Source: Deltaproteobacteria bacterium (GTDB lineage Bacteria; Myxococcota; Kuafuiibacteriia; Kuafuiibacteriales; Kuafuiibacteriaceae). Taken from it: DNA of 64,000 bases. A program made the position numbers and the translations under genes. The stretch covers positions 77,821-141,820 of the forward strand of contig JAVJQW010000049.1 of assembly GCA_040218735.1 (NCBI GenBank), given 5' to 3'. The notes under the pieces were generated by a model, which did not search any database, had not been told where the DNA came from, and worked only from the letters and a program-made list of their open reading frames with translations. Below, in pieces: positions 43,912 through 57,788 of the stretch. Numbering within the stretch: the stretch's first letter is position 1; each line of letters begins with the position of its first letter.

Positions 43912-45135
43912 ATGACGAGTTCCTCGGCAGGCGGTCGATACCTTGGGATGCAGATGGAACTCGCGACCGCGCCCCGGGCCGAAAACGAGAAGCTGAACTG
44001 GATCGCATCGATACCGTACATTGCGATTCACATCGCGGCGGTCGCCGCGGTCTTCCTCTATCCGCCGACGCTCGAGCTCGTGCTGCTCGCCGTCGGGCTG
44101 TTCTTCCTGCGGATGTTCGGCATCACCGCCGGCTACCACCGATACTTCGCACACCGCGGCTTCAAGACCGGGCGCGTCTTCCAGTTCGTGCTCGCGTGGC
44201 TCGGCACGATGTCCTCGCAGAAGGGCGTGCTGTGGTGGAGCGGTCTGCACCGCCACCACCACAAGTACTCCGACATGGAAGAGGACATCCACTCGCCGAA
44301 GCGCGGCTTCTGGTGGTCGCACCACGGCTGGATCCTCTGCCCGAAGTACGACGAGACGCCGGCCGCCCAGCTGCGCGAGTTCGCCGACTACCCCGAGCTG
44401 ATCTTCATCAACCGCTACTGGGTCGTCGGGCCGACGGTGCTGGGCATCGCGCTCTACCTGATCGGCGGGATGCCGTACGTCTTCTGGGGCGCGTTCCTGT
44501 CGACCGTGCTGCTCTACCACGGCACGTTCACGATCAACTCCCTCGCGCACGTCTGGGGCAGCCGCCGCTACGAGACCACCGACACCTCGCGCAACAACTT
44601 CTGGCTCGCGCTCCTCACCATGGGCGAGGGCTGGCACAACAACCACCACCACTACCAGTCGACCGCCCGCAACGGCTTCTTCTGGTGGGAGATCGACTTC
44701 AGCTACTACATCCTCGTCGCGCTCTCGTGGGTCGGCATCGTCTGGGACCTCCGCCAGCCCCCGAAGTGGGTGCTCGAAGGCAAGGCCCGCCGCCACGCGC
44801 CCGCCGCGCCGGCGCCCGCCGAGCTCCCGCCGCGCCTCGAGGAAGCGCTCACGCGCCTCGCCGCGCGCAAGGCCGAGCTGGAAGGCGCCGCCGCCGAACG
44901 CATCGCCGAGCTGCGCCTGCACATCGGCGAGGCCGCCGCGCACGCCGCAGAGGTCGCCGCCGAAGCCGCGCACGAAGCGAAGGGCTCTGCGCTCGCCGTC
45001 CGCGCCGCCGAGATCGCCGCCGAAGCCGAGGCCGTCGCCAACCAGATGGCGCGCGCGCTCGAAGCCAAGCTCCCGCCCGCGTGGGCCGCCGCCGCCGCGG
45101 ACGCGAAGCTCCGCGCCGAAGCCGCCGTCGCCTGA
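43912..45135 (+). CDS. Acyl-CoA (stearoyl-CoA-type) delta-9 fatty-acid desaturase with an Ala-rich C-terminal extension
   Basis: Three histidine boxes, HRYFAH, HRHHHKYSD and HNNHHHY, and four TM helices. The C-terminal ~100 aa is an A/E-rich helical tail (AAEAAHEAKGSALAVRAAEIAAEAEAVANQMARALEAKL...). Confidence 0.85.
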   Translation: MTSSSAGGRYLGMQMELATAPRAENEKLNWIASIPYIAIHIAAVAAVFLYPPTLELVLLAVGLFFLRMFGITAGYHRYFAHRGFKTGRVFQFVLAWLGTMSSQKGVLWWSGLHRHHHKYSDMEEDIHSPKRGFWWSHHGWILCPKYDETPAAQLREFADYPELIFINRYWVVGPTVLGIALYLIGGMPYVFWGAFLSTVLLYHGTFTINSLAHVWGSRRYETTDTSRNNFWLALLTMGEGWHNNHHHYQSTARNGFFWWEIDFSYYILVALSWVGIVWDLRQPPKWVLEGKARRHAPAAPAPAELPPRLEEALTRLAARKAELEGAAAERIAELRLHIGEAAAHAAEVAAEAAHEAKGSALAVRAAEIAAEAEAVANQMARALEAKLPPAWAAAAADAKLRAEAAVA

Positions 45136-45178
45136 GCGCGTACGGCCCGCGTTACCGGCGCCGTTCACGCGAGCGCGG

Positions 45179-45808
45179 TCAGCGCTGGTCGATCGACCGC
45201 AGCTCGATCACCTGCACCCGCTCGCCGGTGCGCTGGGTGATCCGACGCGCACAACGAATCCCGCCGAAGTCCTGATAGTCCGCGAACCGCGACGACGTGG
45301 TCTGTTTGCCCTCCGGCGTCTCGACCTCACCGCGCAGCGCGAGCAACACACCCGCGCTCTTGTCGAAGGACAACGTCACCGGACCCGTCGGGCCCTTCGC
45401 CTCGACCTCCCACACCGCGATCCCGTCGACCTGCGCGTCGCCGATCGTCTTCGCCGCGGCGTAGTGCTGCGCGAGGTGCACGTCGAAGTGCAGATCGGAC
45501 GCCCACGCGTCGTCGTAGGTCTTCTCGATCTTCCCGATGCCCGCGAGGTCCAGCTCGAGCTTCGCCGGGCCGTCCGACAGCGTGAGCCGACCCGTGCCCT
45601 CCACACCGCGATCCGGGTAGGCGATCGCAAACGCGAGCGTCGCGCCCATGAGCTTCTCGATCGCGCGCGACCCACCGACCGCCCTCAGGTGCCGCTCGAA
45701 CAGCACCTCCGCGCGCACCGGCTCGTTGTTCGGCGAAGCCTTCGGCGGAGGGGTGCTCGCCGGACAGCCCGCCGTCAGCAGCAACGCGAGGACCGCCGCG
45801 CGCCTCAC
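45179..45808 (-). CDS. Lipoprotein, function unknown (third gene of a coupled three-gene operon)
   Basis: GTG 45808 gives MRRAAVLALLLTAGCPAS (lipobox). It overlaps the upstream gene's stop (GTGA). The listed ORF's upstream 155 aa are Arg/Ala-rich and I reject them. Confidence 0.55.
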   Translation of the reverse strand: MRRAAVLALLLTAGCPASTPPPKASPNNEPVRAEVLFERHLRAVGGSRAIEKLMGATLAFAIAYPDRGVEGTGRLTLSDGPAKLELDLAGIGKIEKTYDDAWASDLHFDVHLAQHYAAAKTIGDAQVDGIAVWEVEAKGPTGPVTLSFDKSAGVLLALRGEVETPEGKQTTSSRFADYQDFGGIRCARRITQRTGERVQVIELRSIDQR

Positions 45809-46287
45809 GATCCGCAGCTCGTCATCGGCGGGGGCGGGCACAACCGCGCGTCGGGGTTCACGGGCGCGAGCGTGAGCGGGATGAGCGCGTCCTCGGTGGA
45901 CTGCGCCCACATCGAGCACGCCTCGTAGCGGAAGATCTGATTCAACGGCGTCTGCCCGTCCTCGATGCAGACACACGCCTGCTGGTTCATCGCGTCGGCG
46001 CTGTCCGGGACACACGGTCCCGTGCACTCTTCCCAGCCCTGCAGCCACACGTAGAACAGCTCGCCCGGCGTCACCCCCGCTTCGATAGGCGCGCCGGAGC
46101 CGTCGAGCGGGAGGTTCTGCGCGGCCGCGAGCTCGTTCTGACCGCACACCCGCACGATCATGCGAAGGCGCGCGAGCCCGGCGAGCGGCGGCACGTCGTT
46201 CGAACGGCGGAGATCGATCGCGACCGTCGGCGGCCCGCCGCAGCCCGCGAGCACGCCCAACACCACGAACCATCTGAGCACCTTCAT
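45805..46287 (-). CDS. Cys-rich lipoprotein, function unknown
   Basis: ATG 46287 gives MKVLRWFVVLGVLAGCGGPP. It overlaps the upstream stop (ATGA). The rest of listed ORF 45805..47754 is Arg-rich antisense-type sequence. Confidence 0.6.
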   Translation of the reverse strand: MKVLRWFVVLGVLAGCGGPPTVAIDLRRSNDVPPLAGLARLRMIVRVCGQNELAAAQNLPLDGSGAPIEAGVTPGELFYVWLQGWEECTGPCVPDSADAMNQQACVCIEDGQTPLNQIFRYEACSMWAQSTEDALIPLTLAPVNPDARLCPPPPMTSCGS

Positions 46288-47660
46288 GGCAGCCGCACCT
46301 CGAACTTCGTCGTCGCCGGGTCCGGCGACAGGAGCACCACCCCCGCGACGACGCCTCCGACCGCCGCCGCTCCGACGATCGCCCAGAACCACCACTGACC
46401 GATGAGTGCGTCGTCGTCGTCGGGCGGCTCGGTGACAGCGCCGGTCACGAGCGAGCCGCCGGGCGGAGGGGGAGGGGGCGGCGACACGTCGAGGTCGACG
46501 GCGTCCGCGCTCCGGGACGCGTACATCGCTTCCGTCACCGCGGGGGTGGCGGTGAACGCGCCGTCGTCGTCGATCGAGAAGATGTCCGCGCGCTGATCCA
46601 CGAACAGCCCCGCGCACAATCGCTTCACGTTGCGTGCGACACGCTCGCTGTCGATCACCGGGTCGAGCGGTACCCGGCCCACCGACTTCAGCGGCCCGCC
46701 GCTCCCGTGGCGCGCGATGAACAGCCACAGGCGATCGTCGGTGCCCTTCTTCACCGCGCCCACGAGCGTCGTCCACCCGCGGGCGAGCGAAGCGACCCGC
46801 GATGCAAACGGTTCCGCCGCCTCGGCGCCGCGGCGTCGCTGTACGACCTCGAGCATCGCGCGCCGCGCTTCTTCCGCGGGCCCGGTGCGTTCGAGGCGGA
46901 CCTGCGTCGCGCGCCCGGCGGCGACACGCACGGTCGTCTTCAGCACGCCGTGCGGCCACGTCGCGACGACGTAGTGCTGGCCGGGGAGGATGCGCGTCGC
47001 GACGAGCGGTGCTTCGCCGAGGCGCTGCCCGTCGACCTGGATCAGGCACCCCGGATCCGCGCACTCGATCTCGATGCGCCCGACCGCGCCGGTCTCGCGC
47101 TTCGCGGCGTCCCACAGGCGCACGAACTTCGCGGGGTGCGTCCGCGACGTCGGCGCGAGCTTGGGGCCGAGGGCGATCAGGTTCTTCAGCGTGGCCTTCG
47201 CGGCGCCGTGCTCGCCGCTTTGGTACTGCGCCTCGGCCTTCGCGAGCATCGCGTCGTGGAGGAGCTCGTAGTCCTCGAGCGTGACGAGGCGCGACTCGAA
47301 GATCGAGATGGCCTTGTCGAGCTTCTTCAGCGCGGACTTGTGTTTGAACCGCAGGAACAGATCGACGCCCTGGTTCTTGAGCTTCGAGACCAGCGCGGCG
47401 TCGTCCGCGAGGAGGCGTTTGTCGAGCGCGTGTCCGGACGCGTCGACGAGGCGGAACCGGTCGTAGCCGTCCAGCTCGTCCACCAGGAGGGTCTCGAGCT
47501 GACGCGCGGCCTTCGGTGCGAGGGGGCCGCGCTCCAGGCCCACCCAGGCGTACCGGCGCGGCTTGTTCTTGCCGTACACGGCCGCCGGCACCGTCAGCAC
47601 GACGGCGAGCACCCCCCACGCGATGGCACCTGCGCGCACCGCAGCGGAGGCTATCGTCAT
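46284..47660 (-). CDS. Secreted PEGA-like-domain protein with C-terminal TM helix, function unknown
   Basis: ATG 47660 gives MTIASAAVRAGAIAWGVLAVVLTVPAAVYG. The PEGA-like segment is GCLIQVDGQRLGEAPLVATRILPGQHYVVATWPHGVLKTTVRVAAGRATQVRL. A PPPPPPP linker is followed by a C-terminal TM (WWFWAIVGAAAVGGVVAGVVLL). Confidence 0.6.
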   Translation of the reverse strand: MTIASAAVRAGAIAWGVLAVVLTVPAAVYGKNKPRRYAWVGLERGPLAPKAARQLETLLVDELDGYDRFRLVDASGHALDKRLLADDAALVSKLKNQGVDLFLRFKHKSALKKLDKAISIFESRLVTLEDYELLHDAMLAKAEAQYQSGEHGAAKATLKNLIALGPKLAPTSRTHPAKFVRLWDAAKRETGAVGRIEIECADPGCLIQVDGQRLGEAPLVATRILPGQHYVVATWPHGVLKTTVRVAAGRATQVRLERTGPAEEARRAMLEVVQRRRGAEAAEPFASRVASLARGWTTLVGAVKKGTDDRLWLFIARHGSGGPLKSVGRVPLDPVIDSERVARNVKRLCAGLFVDQRADIFSIDDDGAFTATPAVTEAMYASRSADAVDLDVSPPPPPPPGGSLVTGAVTEPPDDDDALIGQWWFWAIVGAAAVGGVVAGVVLLSPDPATTKFEVRLP

Positions 47661-47798
47661 TCGTCCCCCGGATCGAAGTCGGCGTTCGCGCGATAGTTTG
47701 GCGTGCTCCGGACTGCGTACTAGGATGGCGTCGGCCAAACACGTCGCGGCGCACCCGTGCGCCCAGACTTGGCCGAGGTGCGGGTTAGTCCGATTCGA

Positions 47799-50237
<2,439 letters not shown>

Positions 50238-50311
50238 GCCATAACGGTCCCTCGCTTCACGAGTGACCTTGGCACAGTCCTCGGACCCGCCGCATTCGCG
50301 GCCTCGACCCG

Positions 50312-50728
50312 CTACTCGGGGCGGGGGTTCATGACGATCTCGACGGTCTGACTCGTCGAGGCGTCGATCGGGCTGTCGGCGCAGCCCGCCGCGATGCCCT
50401 CCTCGGGGAGGGTGTCGAGGGTCGGCAGCGCGTACACGCGGAACGTGAGGTCCGGGTACGAGTCGAGGTTCACCGGCGCCGCGACGACGTCGTTGCGGTT
50501 CGGGTACTCGACCTTCGCTTCGGTCTGCAGGAGCATCGTCTGCGTCGTCGTGAACAGGTCGTCGCAGCCGCTGCCGTTTGGCGGGACCTGACGCACGAAG
50601 ATGTGCAGCCCGCGCGTCCGCAGCTCGATGTCGGCGTCCGCGAAGGAGACGTCGAGCTCGACCTGGCCGATGTTGCCGCAAGCGAAGGAGGAGGAGAGCA
50701 GGAACAGTCCGAGGGTTCGCTTCAACAT
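50312..50728 (-). CDS. Small lipoprotein, function unknown
   Basis: ATG 50728 gives MLKRTLGLFLLSSSFACGN (lipobox). The N-terminal 114 aa of the listed ORF are Gly/Arg-rich and I reject them. Confidence 0.55.
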   Translation of the reverse strand: MLKRTLGLFLLSSSFACGNIGQVELDVSFADADIELRTRGLHIFVRQVPPNGSGCDDLFTTTQTMLLQTEAKVEYPNRNDVVAAPVNLDSYPDLTFRVYALPTLDTLPEEGIAAGCADSPIDASTSQTVEIVMNPRPE

Positions 50729-50763
50729 GCCCGCATCCGGCGTATCCCGAAGGCCCATGAGGG

Positions 50764-52389
50764 TCAACTTCGCTTGAACAGCCGGGACAGGGCGCTGCCG
50801 CTCCCCGGGTCGTCGTCGTTGTTCTGGCGCCGCTTCAGCAGGCGATATTCGCGCTCCGCGTCCGTGTGTTTGCGGTCCGCCCGCAGGGCCTCCCTGAAGT
50901 GGTGCAGCGCCTCGGCCGGTTTGTCCTGCTCCTTGAGGATCCGCCCCAAGTAGTAGTGGATGTTCGCGTCCTTGGGGCTCGCCTTGAGCGCCTCGAGCAT
51001 CAGCGGGTAGGCCTTCTTCATCGCCTCGTCCCGGTCGAACTTCGGATCGGCGAACATCGCCCACCCGAAGAAGGCCTTGTACGCACCGTTGCTATCGTCG
51101 GCCTCCATCGCGAAGCGGAAGAACTCGCGCGCCTTCTGATACTCGCGCTTCTTCAGCATCACGACGCCCATCTGCGACTTCACCTCGGCCTCCCGGATCA
51201 GCTCGGCCTTGCGGGCGTCGCCCTTGATGCGGTCGTCGGCGAGGAGCGCGACGTACTCGGCGCGTTTTTCGTCGTTGGTGAGGGTCTGGTACGCGTCGTT
51301 GAGCGCGGCGGTGATCTCGCGCGCCTTCTCCTTCGACGCGTCCGGCACGTCCATCGGGAACGCGTCGGGGTGGTACTTCTTTGCGAGGTTGGTGAACAGG
51401 CCGCGCAGGTCCGACGGGCTCGTTTTGTCCGTCGCGCCGAGCAACTCGAAGTGGTTCTTCTCCTTCAACGCTTTGTGCAGCGCGTCCACCTCCTTCACGA
51501 TCGGGTGGTTCGGGTTCACGCGCGGCTTCGACGGCGAGCGCGGCGGCCGTGACGGCGAGCGGGGCAACGGCGTCGACGCGCGCTGCATCGGCTCGGCGTT
51601 CGTGACGCCCATCTGGCCCTTGAGGAGGGTCGCCTTCGGGATCGGGATGCCCTTCTTGGCGGGGAACAGATCCAGCGCGTTGAGCAGCTCGAGCCCACGC
51701 AGGAACCCACGCACGAACCGGCGGTTCTTCAACGCGCGCTCCAGCTGGTCCGGCTTGCGCGGCTTCGTGAGGTACGCGAGCACGCGCTTTTCGTCGCGGC
51801 TCGGCTCGTAGTCGGTGGGCAGGCGCTTCTGGTTCACCTGCACCGCCTGGCCGAGCAGATCGTTCGACAGCTTCCGAAGCTCGGCGTCCGCTGCGCTCGA
51901 CTCGAGGGCGCCGAAGAACGCACCCCAGGGGTCGAGCTTCACACCGAGCTCGCGGATCCGCTGGTCCTCGCCGGGCGCCGCCTGGAATTTTGTGCCCTCC
52001 AGCCCCATGAGCCTTCGCATCCGCAGCTCGGTCTGCTTCTTCACGAGGCGACGCACGTCCTCGGTCGAGACCCCCGCGTTTGCGACGAGCAGCGTCCCGA
52101 GCAGCGCCGCGCCGGGGCCGAGGCGCTCTTGCTCGGCGAGCGCCGCGTCGATCGCCGACTGCGAGCAGCGACTCTCGGCCATCAGGAGCTGACCGAGGAA
52201 CTCTTCGCGAAACCCCGCGCCGCCCGCGTGCACGGGCGCGCCGTTCTTGAAGAAGAGCGTGCACAGGCCGGTCTCGGCGTGCACGAGGACGCCGCCCGAG
52301 AAGCGCGTGCGCACCGCGGAGAAGAACAGGTCCGAGAACCAGCTGCCTTCGCCGAACGTACCCTCCGTTGCGCTGCTCAGGTCGATCAC
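50764..52389 (-). CDS. J-domain (DnaJ-like, HPD motif) protein with an N-terminal DUF4388-like module and C-terminal TPR repeats
   Basis: J-domain NHFELLGATDKTSPSDLRGLFTNLAKKYHPD. TPR-like helices (AYKAFFGWAMFADPKFDRDEAMKKAYPLMLEAL..YYLGRILKEQDKPAEALHHFREAL). The N-terminal GTFGEGSWFSDLFFSAVRTRFSGGVLVHAETGLCTLFF resembles DUF4388, which I recall from memory. Confidence 0.75.
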   Translation of the reverse strand: MIDLSSATEGTFGEGSWFSDLFFSAVRTRFSGGVLVHAETGLCTLFFKNGAPVHAGGAGFREEFLGQLLMAESRCSQSAIDAALAEQERLGPGAALLGTLLVANAGVSTEDVRRLVKKQTELRMRRLMGLEGTKFQAAPGEDQRIRELGVKLDPWGAFFGALESSAADAELRKLSNDLLGQAVQVNQKRLPTDYEPSRDEKRVLAYLTKPRKPDQLERALKNRRFVRGFLRGLELLNALDLFPAKKGIPIPKATLLKGQMGVTNAEPMQRASTPLPRSPSRPPRSPSKPRVNPNHPIVKEVDALHKALKEKNHFELLGATDKTSPSDLRGLFTNLAKKYHPDAFPMDVPDASKEKAREITAALNDAYQTLTNDEKRAEYVALLADDRIKGDARKAELIREAEVKSQMGVVMLKKREYQKAREFFRFAMEADDSNGAYKAFFGWAMFADPKFDRDEAMKKAYPLMLEALKASPKDANIHYYLGRILKEQDKPAEALHHFREALRADRKHTDAEREYRLLKRRQNNDDDPGSGSALSRLFKRS

Positions 52390-52405
52390 GGTGTTGCGGT
52401 CGCTC

Positions 52406-53200
52406 CTAGTTACTCGGCTCGTTTTTGCAGATGTGGACCTGCGCGCCCGACACCGAGTCTATCCCGGCGAAGGCCGGTTCGCAGATACCCCCCGCCAGAC
52501 AATCACCGCCGCCCGGTCGACAGATCGCGTAGCAGGCCTCGGCGCCCGCCGGTTCCTGGGTGCCGCGCGAGCAGATCATCGCGCGCCCGAAGCCGTCCTC
52601 GGCAGAACAGAGATCCTCCACACCGCACTGCTCGTTGCGCGCACGCGCGCCGGGGACGATGCAGGCCGTGGTGCGTGACTGCCCGATGGGGTGGCAGACC
52701 TGGCCCCCCGCACAGGGCTCGTCGAGGGTTTTGTAGATCTCGCAGATCGTGAAGCAGATGCCCGCGCCGTTGAAGAACTCACACTGCCGGCCCGGTCCGC
52801 AGGAGCCGGGCGTCGAGTCACACACCCCCTCCGAGCACACGCCGCCGCGCGGCGTCGACCAGCAGGTGTTGCCGTCCTGCGGGCACTGCTCGCTGATCCG
52901 CAGGCTCGACTCCGGGATGCCGTAGCTCTGCACGGTGCAGCGCGGTAGGCACCGAAATCCGAGCTCGTTGACGTTCTCGCAGATCGCCGCGCCCTGACAG
53001 AGCAGGTCCCCGCCGGGCGGATCCGTGTCCGTCGCGCAGGCCTTGAAGTCGTCGACGGACGCACGCGGGATGCACGAGCCGCTGCTGGTGCGGCACACGT
53101 GGTCCTCGTCGCACGGGCACGGGAGGTCACCGACGTCGTCGAAGTCGAGCGCGAGCGAGCACGACGTCGTCGCGAAGAGCAGGGCGATCCAGCGCTTCAA
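52406..53200 (-). CDS. Secreted cysteine-rich protein (~30 Cys), function unknown
   Basis: TTG 53200 gives MKRWIALLFATTSCSLA, with GGGAGGTG 5 nt upstream. It overlaps the upstream stop (TTGA). Many CxxC and C-x-C spacings suggest a disulfide-rich, EGF/laminin-like fold. Confidence 0.55.
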   Translation of the reverse strand: MKRWIALLFATTSCSLALDFDDVGDLPCPCDEDHVCRTSSGSCIPRASVDDFKACATDTDPPGGDLLCQGAAICENVNELGFRCLPRCTVQSYGIPESSLRISEQCPQDGNTCWSTPRGGVCSEGVCDSTPGSCGPGRQCEFFNGAGICFTICEIYKTLDEPCAGGQVCHPIGQSRTTACIVPGARARNEQCGVEDLCSAEDGFGRAMICSRGTQEPAGAEACYAICRPGGGDCLAGGICEPAFAGIDSVSGAQVHICKNEPSN

Positions 53201-54810
53201 AACACACCTCCCACGGCCATCAGCGCGCCGCCGTCCACGGGCACGACGCCGACCCGCGGGCCCCCCGTCACCTCCGCCGGGCTCGGCGCGCGGTTGGCGT
53301 CGATCAATAGGATGGCGATTCCGCCCGCGGCGATCGCGCTGCCGGCGATCCAGGTGATGTCGGAGATCAGCGCGTTGGTCTTGCCGCGGCTCTGCAGGTC
53401 CTCGAGGTCCGGGCTGAGCTGCGACGTGTCGCGGAAGTCGCCGTGCACCGTGGTGGCGAGGATACCGAACACGACGCCGGTGATGATCGCCGCCGTCCCG
53501 ACGCCGACCATCGTCCACCCCAGGTAGACCTCGCTCGAGGTGGGCCGCTCCGTCGCGAGCGCGTTCGGCGCTCCGTAGCCCGGCGCCTGACCGCCGCCGC
53601 CGCCGCCGCCGCTCGGGGACTGACCGCCGCCGCCGAGCCCGAACGCGCCGCCGCTCTTTTCGCCGCCGCCGCCCGACGTGGCCGTCGGGTCCGTGCCGGC
53701 CGGCGCGCCGGTGCGCACGGCGACGAGGAGGCGGTCGAGGAACGCGTCGAGGTCGGCGTCGAACGTCGAGCCCTCCACGGCGAGCACGGTGCGCTCCGTC
53801 GCGATGCGGGTCCCGGTCGCGCCGTCGAAGACACCGCCGGTGAAGGTGGCGTCGCGCCCCGACTGGGTGACGGTGACGAAGAGGAGGACGTCCGCGACCA
53901 GAGTGCGGGTGATCTGGCGGAGCGCGCCGCCCATGCCCTCGTTACGGACTTCCTCGGCCGCGCGCGCCGCGAGGTCGCGCAGCTCGGGGCCGCGCTTGAT
54001 GCTGCGCAGGCGCGTCTGGCTCGTGATGCGCTGGTTCGGCGAGACGTCGAGCGGCGCGCCGTGCACCGTGTACCCGAGCTTCTCGATCCGCAGGTAGTGC
54101 GTGCCCGCGAGGAGACCGTCGAGCTCGAAGGGGGTCGTGCCCTCGAAGCGCCCGTCGATGAAGACGGCGGCGTAGGGGGGCGTCGAGTAGATCTCCACCG
54201 TGCCGGTCGGGTTGCCGTCGACCCGCGCGAGCGCGCGCTCGAAGACCTGCGACACCGTGGGCGGGAAGCCGTCCATCGCAAACGTCGGGTTCACGGTGAG
54301 CAGCTCGACGAACGTGCTCTCGCCTTCGTCCGCCGACCCGCGCAGGACGAGCGCCGCACCGAGGTAGAGCAGGGCGTTCTGGAGCTCTTCGAGGTCGCCG
54401 AGGAGCGGGCCGGTCTGCTGGTACAGGCTCACCGCCTGACCGAGGCGCGCGATGGCGTCGTCGAGCTTGAGCGCGTCGTACGCGCGGCGACCGTCGGCGA
54501 GGGCGGCGCGGGCGCGTTCGAGGGTCTCCTCCTCCCGGGTGCGCGGGTCACCGGAGAGGACGCGCCCCGGATCGATCAGCCGCAGGTCGCGCTCGGCGGC
54601 GACGCGGGTGCGCAGCCGGGCGTTGGCGACGGCGGCCGCCTTCTGCCCCGACGGATCGCGCGCCACGGCGAACACCGCGGTGGCGCGGAGCTCACCGGAA
54701 GCCTCGGCGATCTCGGGGGTGAGGAGCGCCAGCAGCGCGAGCGCTGCGGCGGATCGTGGGGCGCGAAGGTGCGCGTCGTGCCCGTGGGGCCATCCTGGCG
54801 TGTGTTCCAT
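53197..54810 (-). CDS. PEGA-domain protein with Gly-rich linker and C-terminal TM helix
   Basis: PEGA: GTVEIYSTPPYAAVFIDGRFEGTTPFELDGLLAGTHYLRIEKLGYTVH. GGGGEKSGGAFGLGGGGQSPSGGGGGGGQAPGYG linker. TM: VYLGWTMVGVGTAAIITGVVFGILA. Confidence 0.7.
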   Translation of the reverse strand: MEHTPGWPHGHDAHLRAPRSAAALALLALLTPEIAEASGELRATAVFAVARDPSGQKAAAVANARLRTRVAAERDLRLIDPGRVLSGDPRTREEETLERARAALADGRRAYDALKLDDAIARLGQAVSLYQQTGPLLGDLEELQNALLYLGAALVLRGSADEGESTFVELLTVNPTFAMDGFPPTVSQVFERALARVDGNPTGTVEIYSTPPYAAVFIDGRFEGTTPFELDGLLAGTHYLRIEKLGYTVHGAPLDVSPNQRITSQTRLRSIKRGPELRDLAARAAEEVRNEGMGGALRQITRTLVADVLLFVTVTQSGRDATFTGGVFDGATGTRIATERTVLAVEGSTFDADLDAFLDRLLVAVRTGAPAGTDPTATSGGGGEKSGGAFGLGGGGQSPSGGGGGGGQAPGYGAPNALATERPTSSEVYLGWTMVGVGTAAIITGVVFGILATTVHGDFRDTSQLSPDLEDLQSRGKTNALISDITWIAGSAIAAGGIAILLIDANRAPSPAEVTGGPRVGVVPVDGGALMAVGGVF

Positions 54811-54871
54811 TGCGATTCAGCGGACTTGTCGAATCTACCACCCACACCCCCACACCGGCTACCATGGGGCG

Positions 54872-55654
54872 GTGCGCGTCCGCGTCGCGTGGCTGGCCTT
54901 CGGCCTGTTCCTCACCTCGAGCGCCGAAGCGCGCCCGCTCACGATGCGGGCCGCGGATCGTGCGATCGATCTCGCGTTCCACGCGGAGATCGCGGGCGAC
55001 GTCGCGGGCGGTCGGGCCGAGCTCGAACGTCTGGTGGCGAGCGCCACGGAGCCGGAGGACACCGCCGCGCGCCAGCGCATCACGTCCTGGATCGAGCGAT
55101 CGAAGGTCCGCCAGGCAGCGTTCGCCGAACACGGGAAGACCGCGCCAGGTTACGCCGCGGCGTTCGAGACGTTGGACGGCTTCGGCGCCGAGCGCGCGGA
55201 GCTGCTGTGGAGCCGCGCGGTGCGCGACGTCGCGGGGCTGAAGGGTGCGCGGCTCGCGCTCACGCTCGTCACGGATCGGCTCGCGGGCCTGAAGACCGAG
55301 AAAGATCTCGCGGCGCGCCTCGCGAAGCTCGTCGAGCGTCACGGCGTCCACGTCGAAGAGGACCAACCGATCGTCGCGCGCCTCGACTTCGACGCGACGG
55401 AGACGAAGAAGGTCGGCCGCCGGACGCGTGTGGTGTGCAAGAGCTCGTTCGTGATCCGCGACAAACGACTCGGGACGTCCCTCGTCGGCTCCAGCTCGCA
55501 GCGCCGCACCGAGACCCGCCGCAAGGTGGCGGACGCCCGGCGCTTCGCCGTCCGGCGCGCGCTCGACGACGCTGCGGAAGACCTCGTCTTCTACGTGCGG
55601 CTCGCTGCGCTCCAGCGCAAAGCGACGGTACCCATCGGTCCCACCGAACTTTGA
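54872..55654 (+). CDS. Secreted hypothetical protein (260 aa)
   Basis: GTG 54872 gives MRVRVAWLAFGLFLTSSAEA, a signal peptide. Helical, Ala/Arg-rich but with diverse composition downstream. The upstream part of listed ORF 54452..55654 overlaps the 53197..54810 gene on the opposite strand and I reject it. Confidence 0.5.
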   Translation: MRVRVAWLAFGLFLTSSAEARPLTMRAADRAIDLAFHAEIAGDVAGGRAELERLVASATEPEDTAARQRITSWIERSKVRQAAFAEHGKTAPGYAAAFETLDGFGAERAELLWSRAVRDVAGLKGARLALTLVTDRLAGLKTEKDLAARLAKLVERHGVHVEEDQPIVARLDFDATETKKVGRRTRVVCKSSFVIRDKRLGTSLVGSSSQRRTETRRKVADARRFAVRRALDDAAEDLVFYVRLAALQRKATVPIGPTEL

Positions 55655-55687
55655 CACCGGGTCCATAGTGCGGTCCAAAGTAAGGGC

Positions 55688-57769
<2,082 letters not shown>

Positions 57770-57788
57770 AGCCGAGCCACCGTTCAGG

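Noticed and set aside
45809-46273. N-terminal 155 aa of listed ORF 45179..46273
   Set aside because: Arg/Ala/Gly-rich, and it overlaps the 45805..46287 lipoprotein gene. The GTG at 45808 gives a clean lipobox signal peptide with GTGA coupling.
53443-55668. 741-aa + strand ORF
   Set aside because: Antisense to the PEGA-protein gene. Arg/Gly-rich. The 54872..55654 + strand gene is in another frame.
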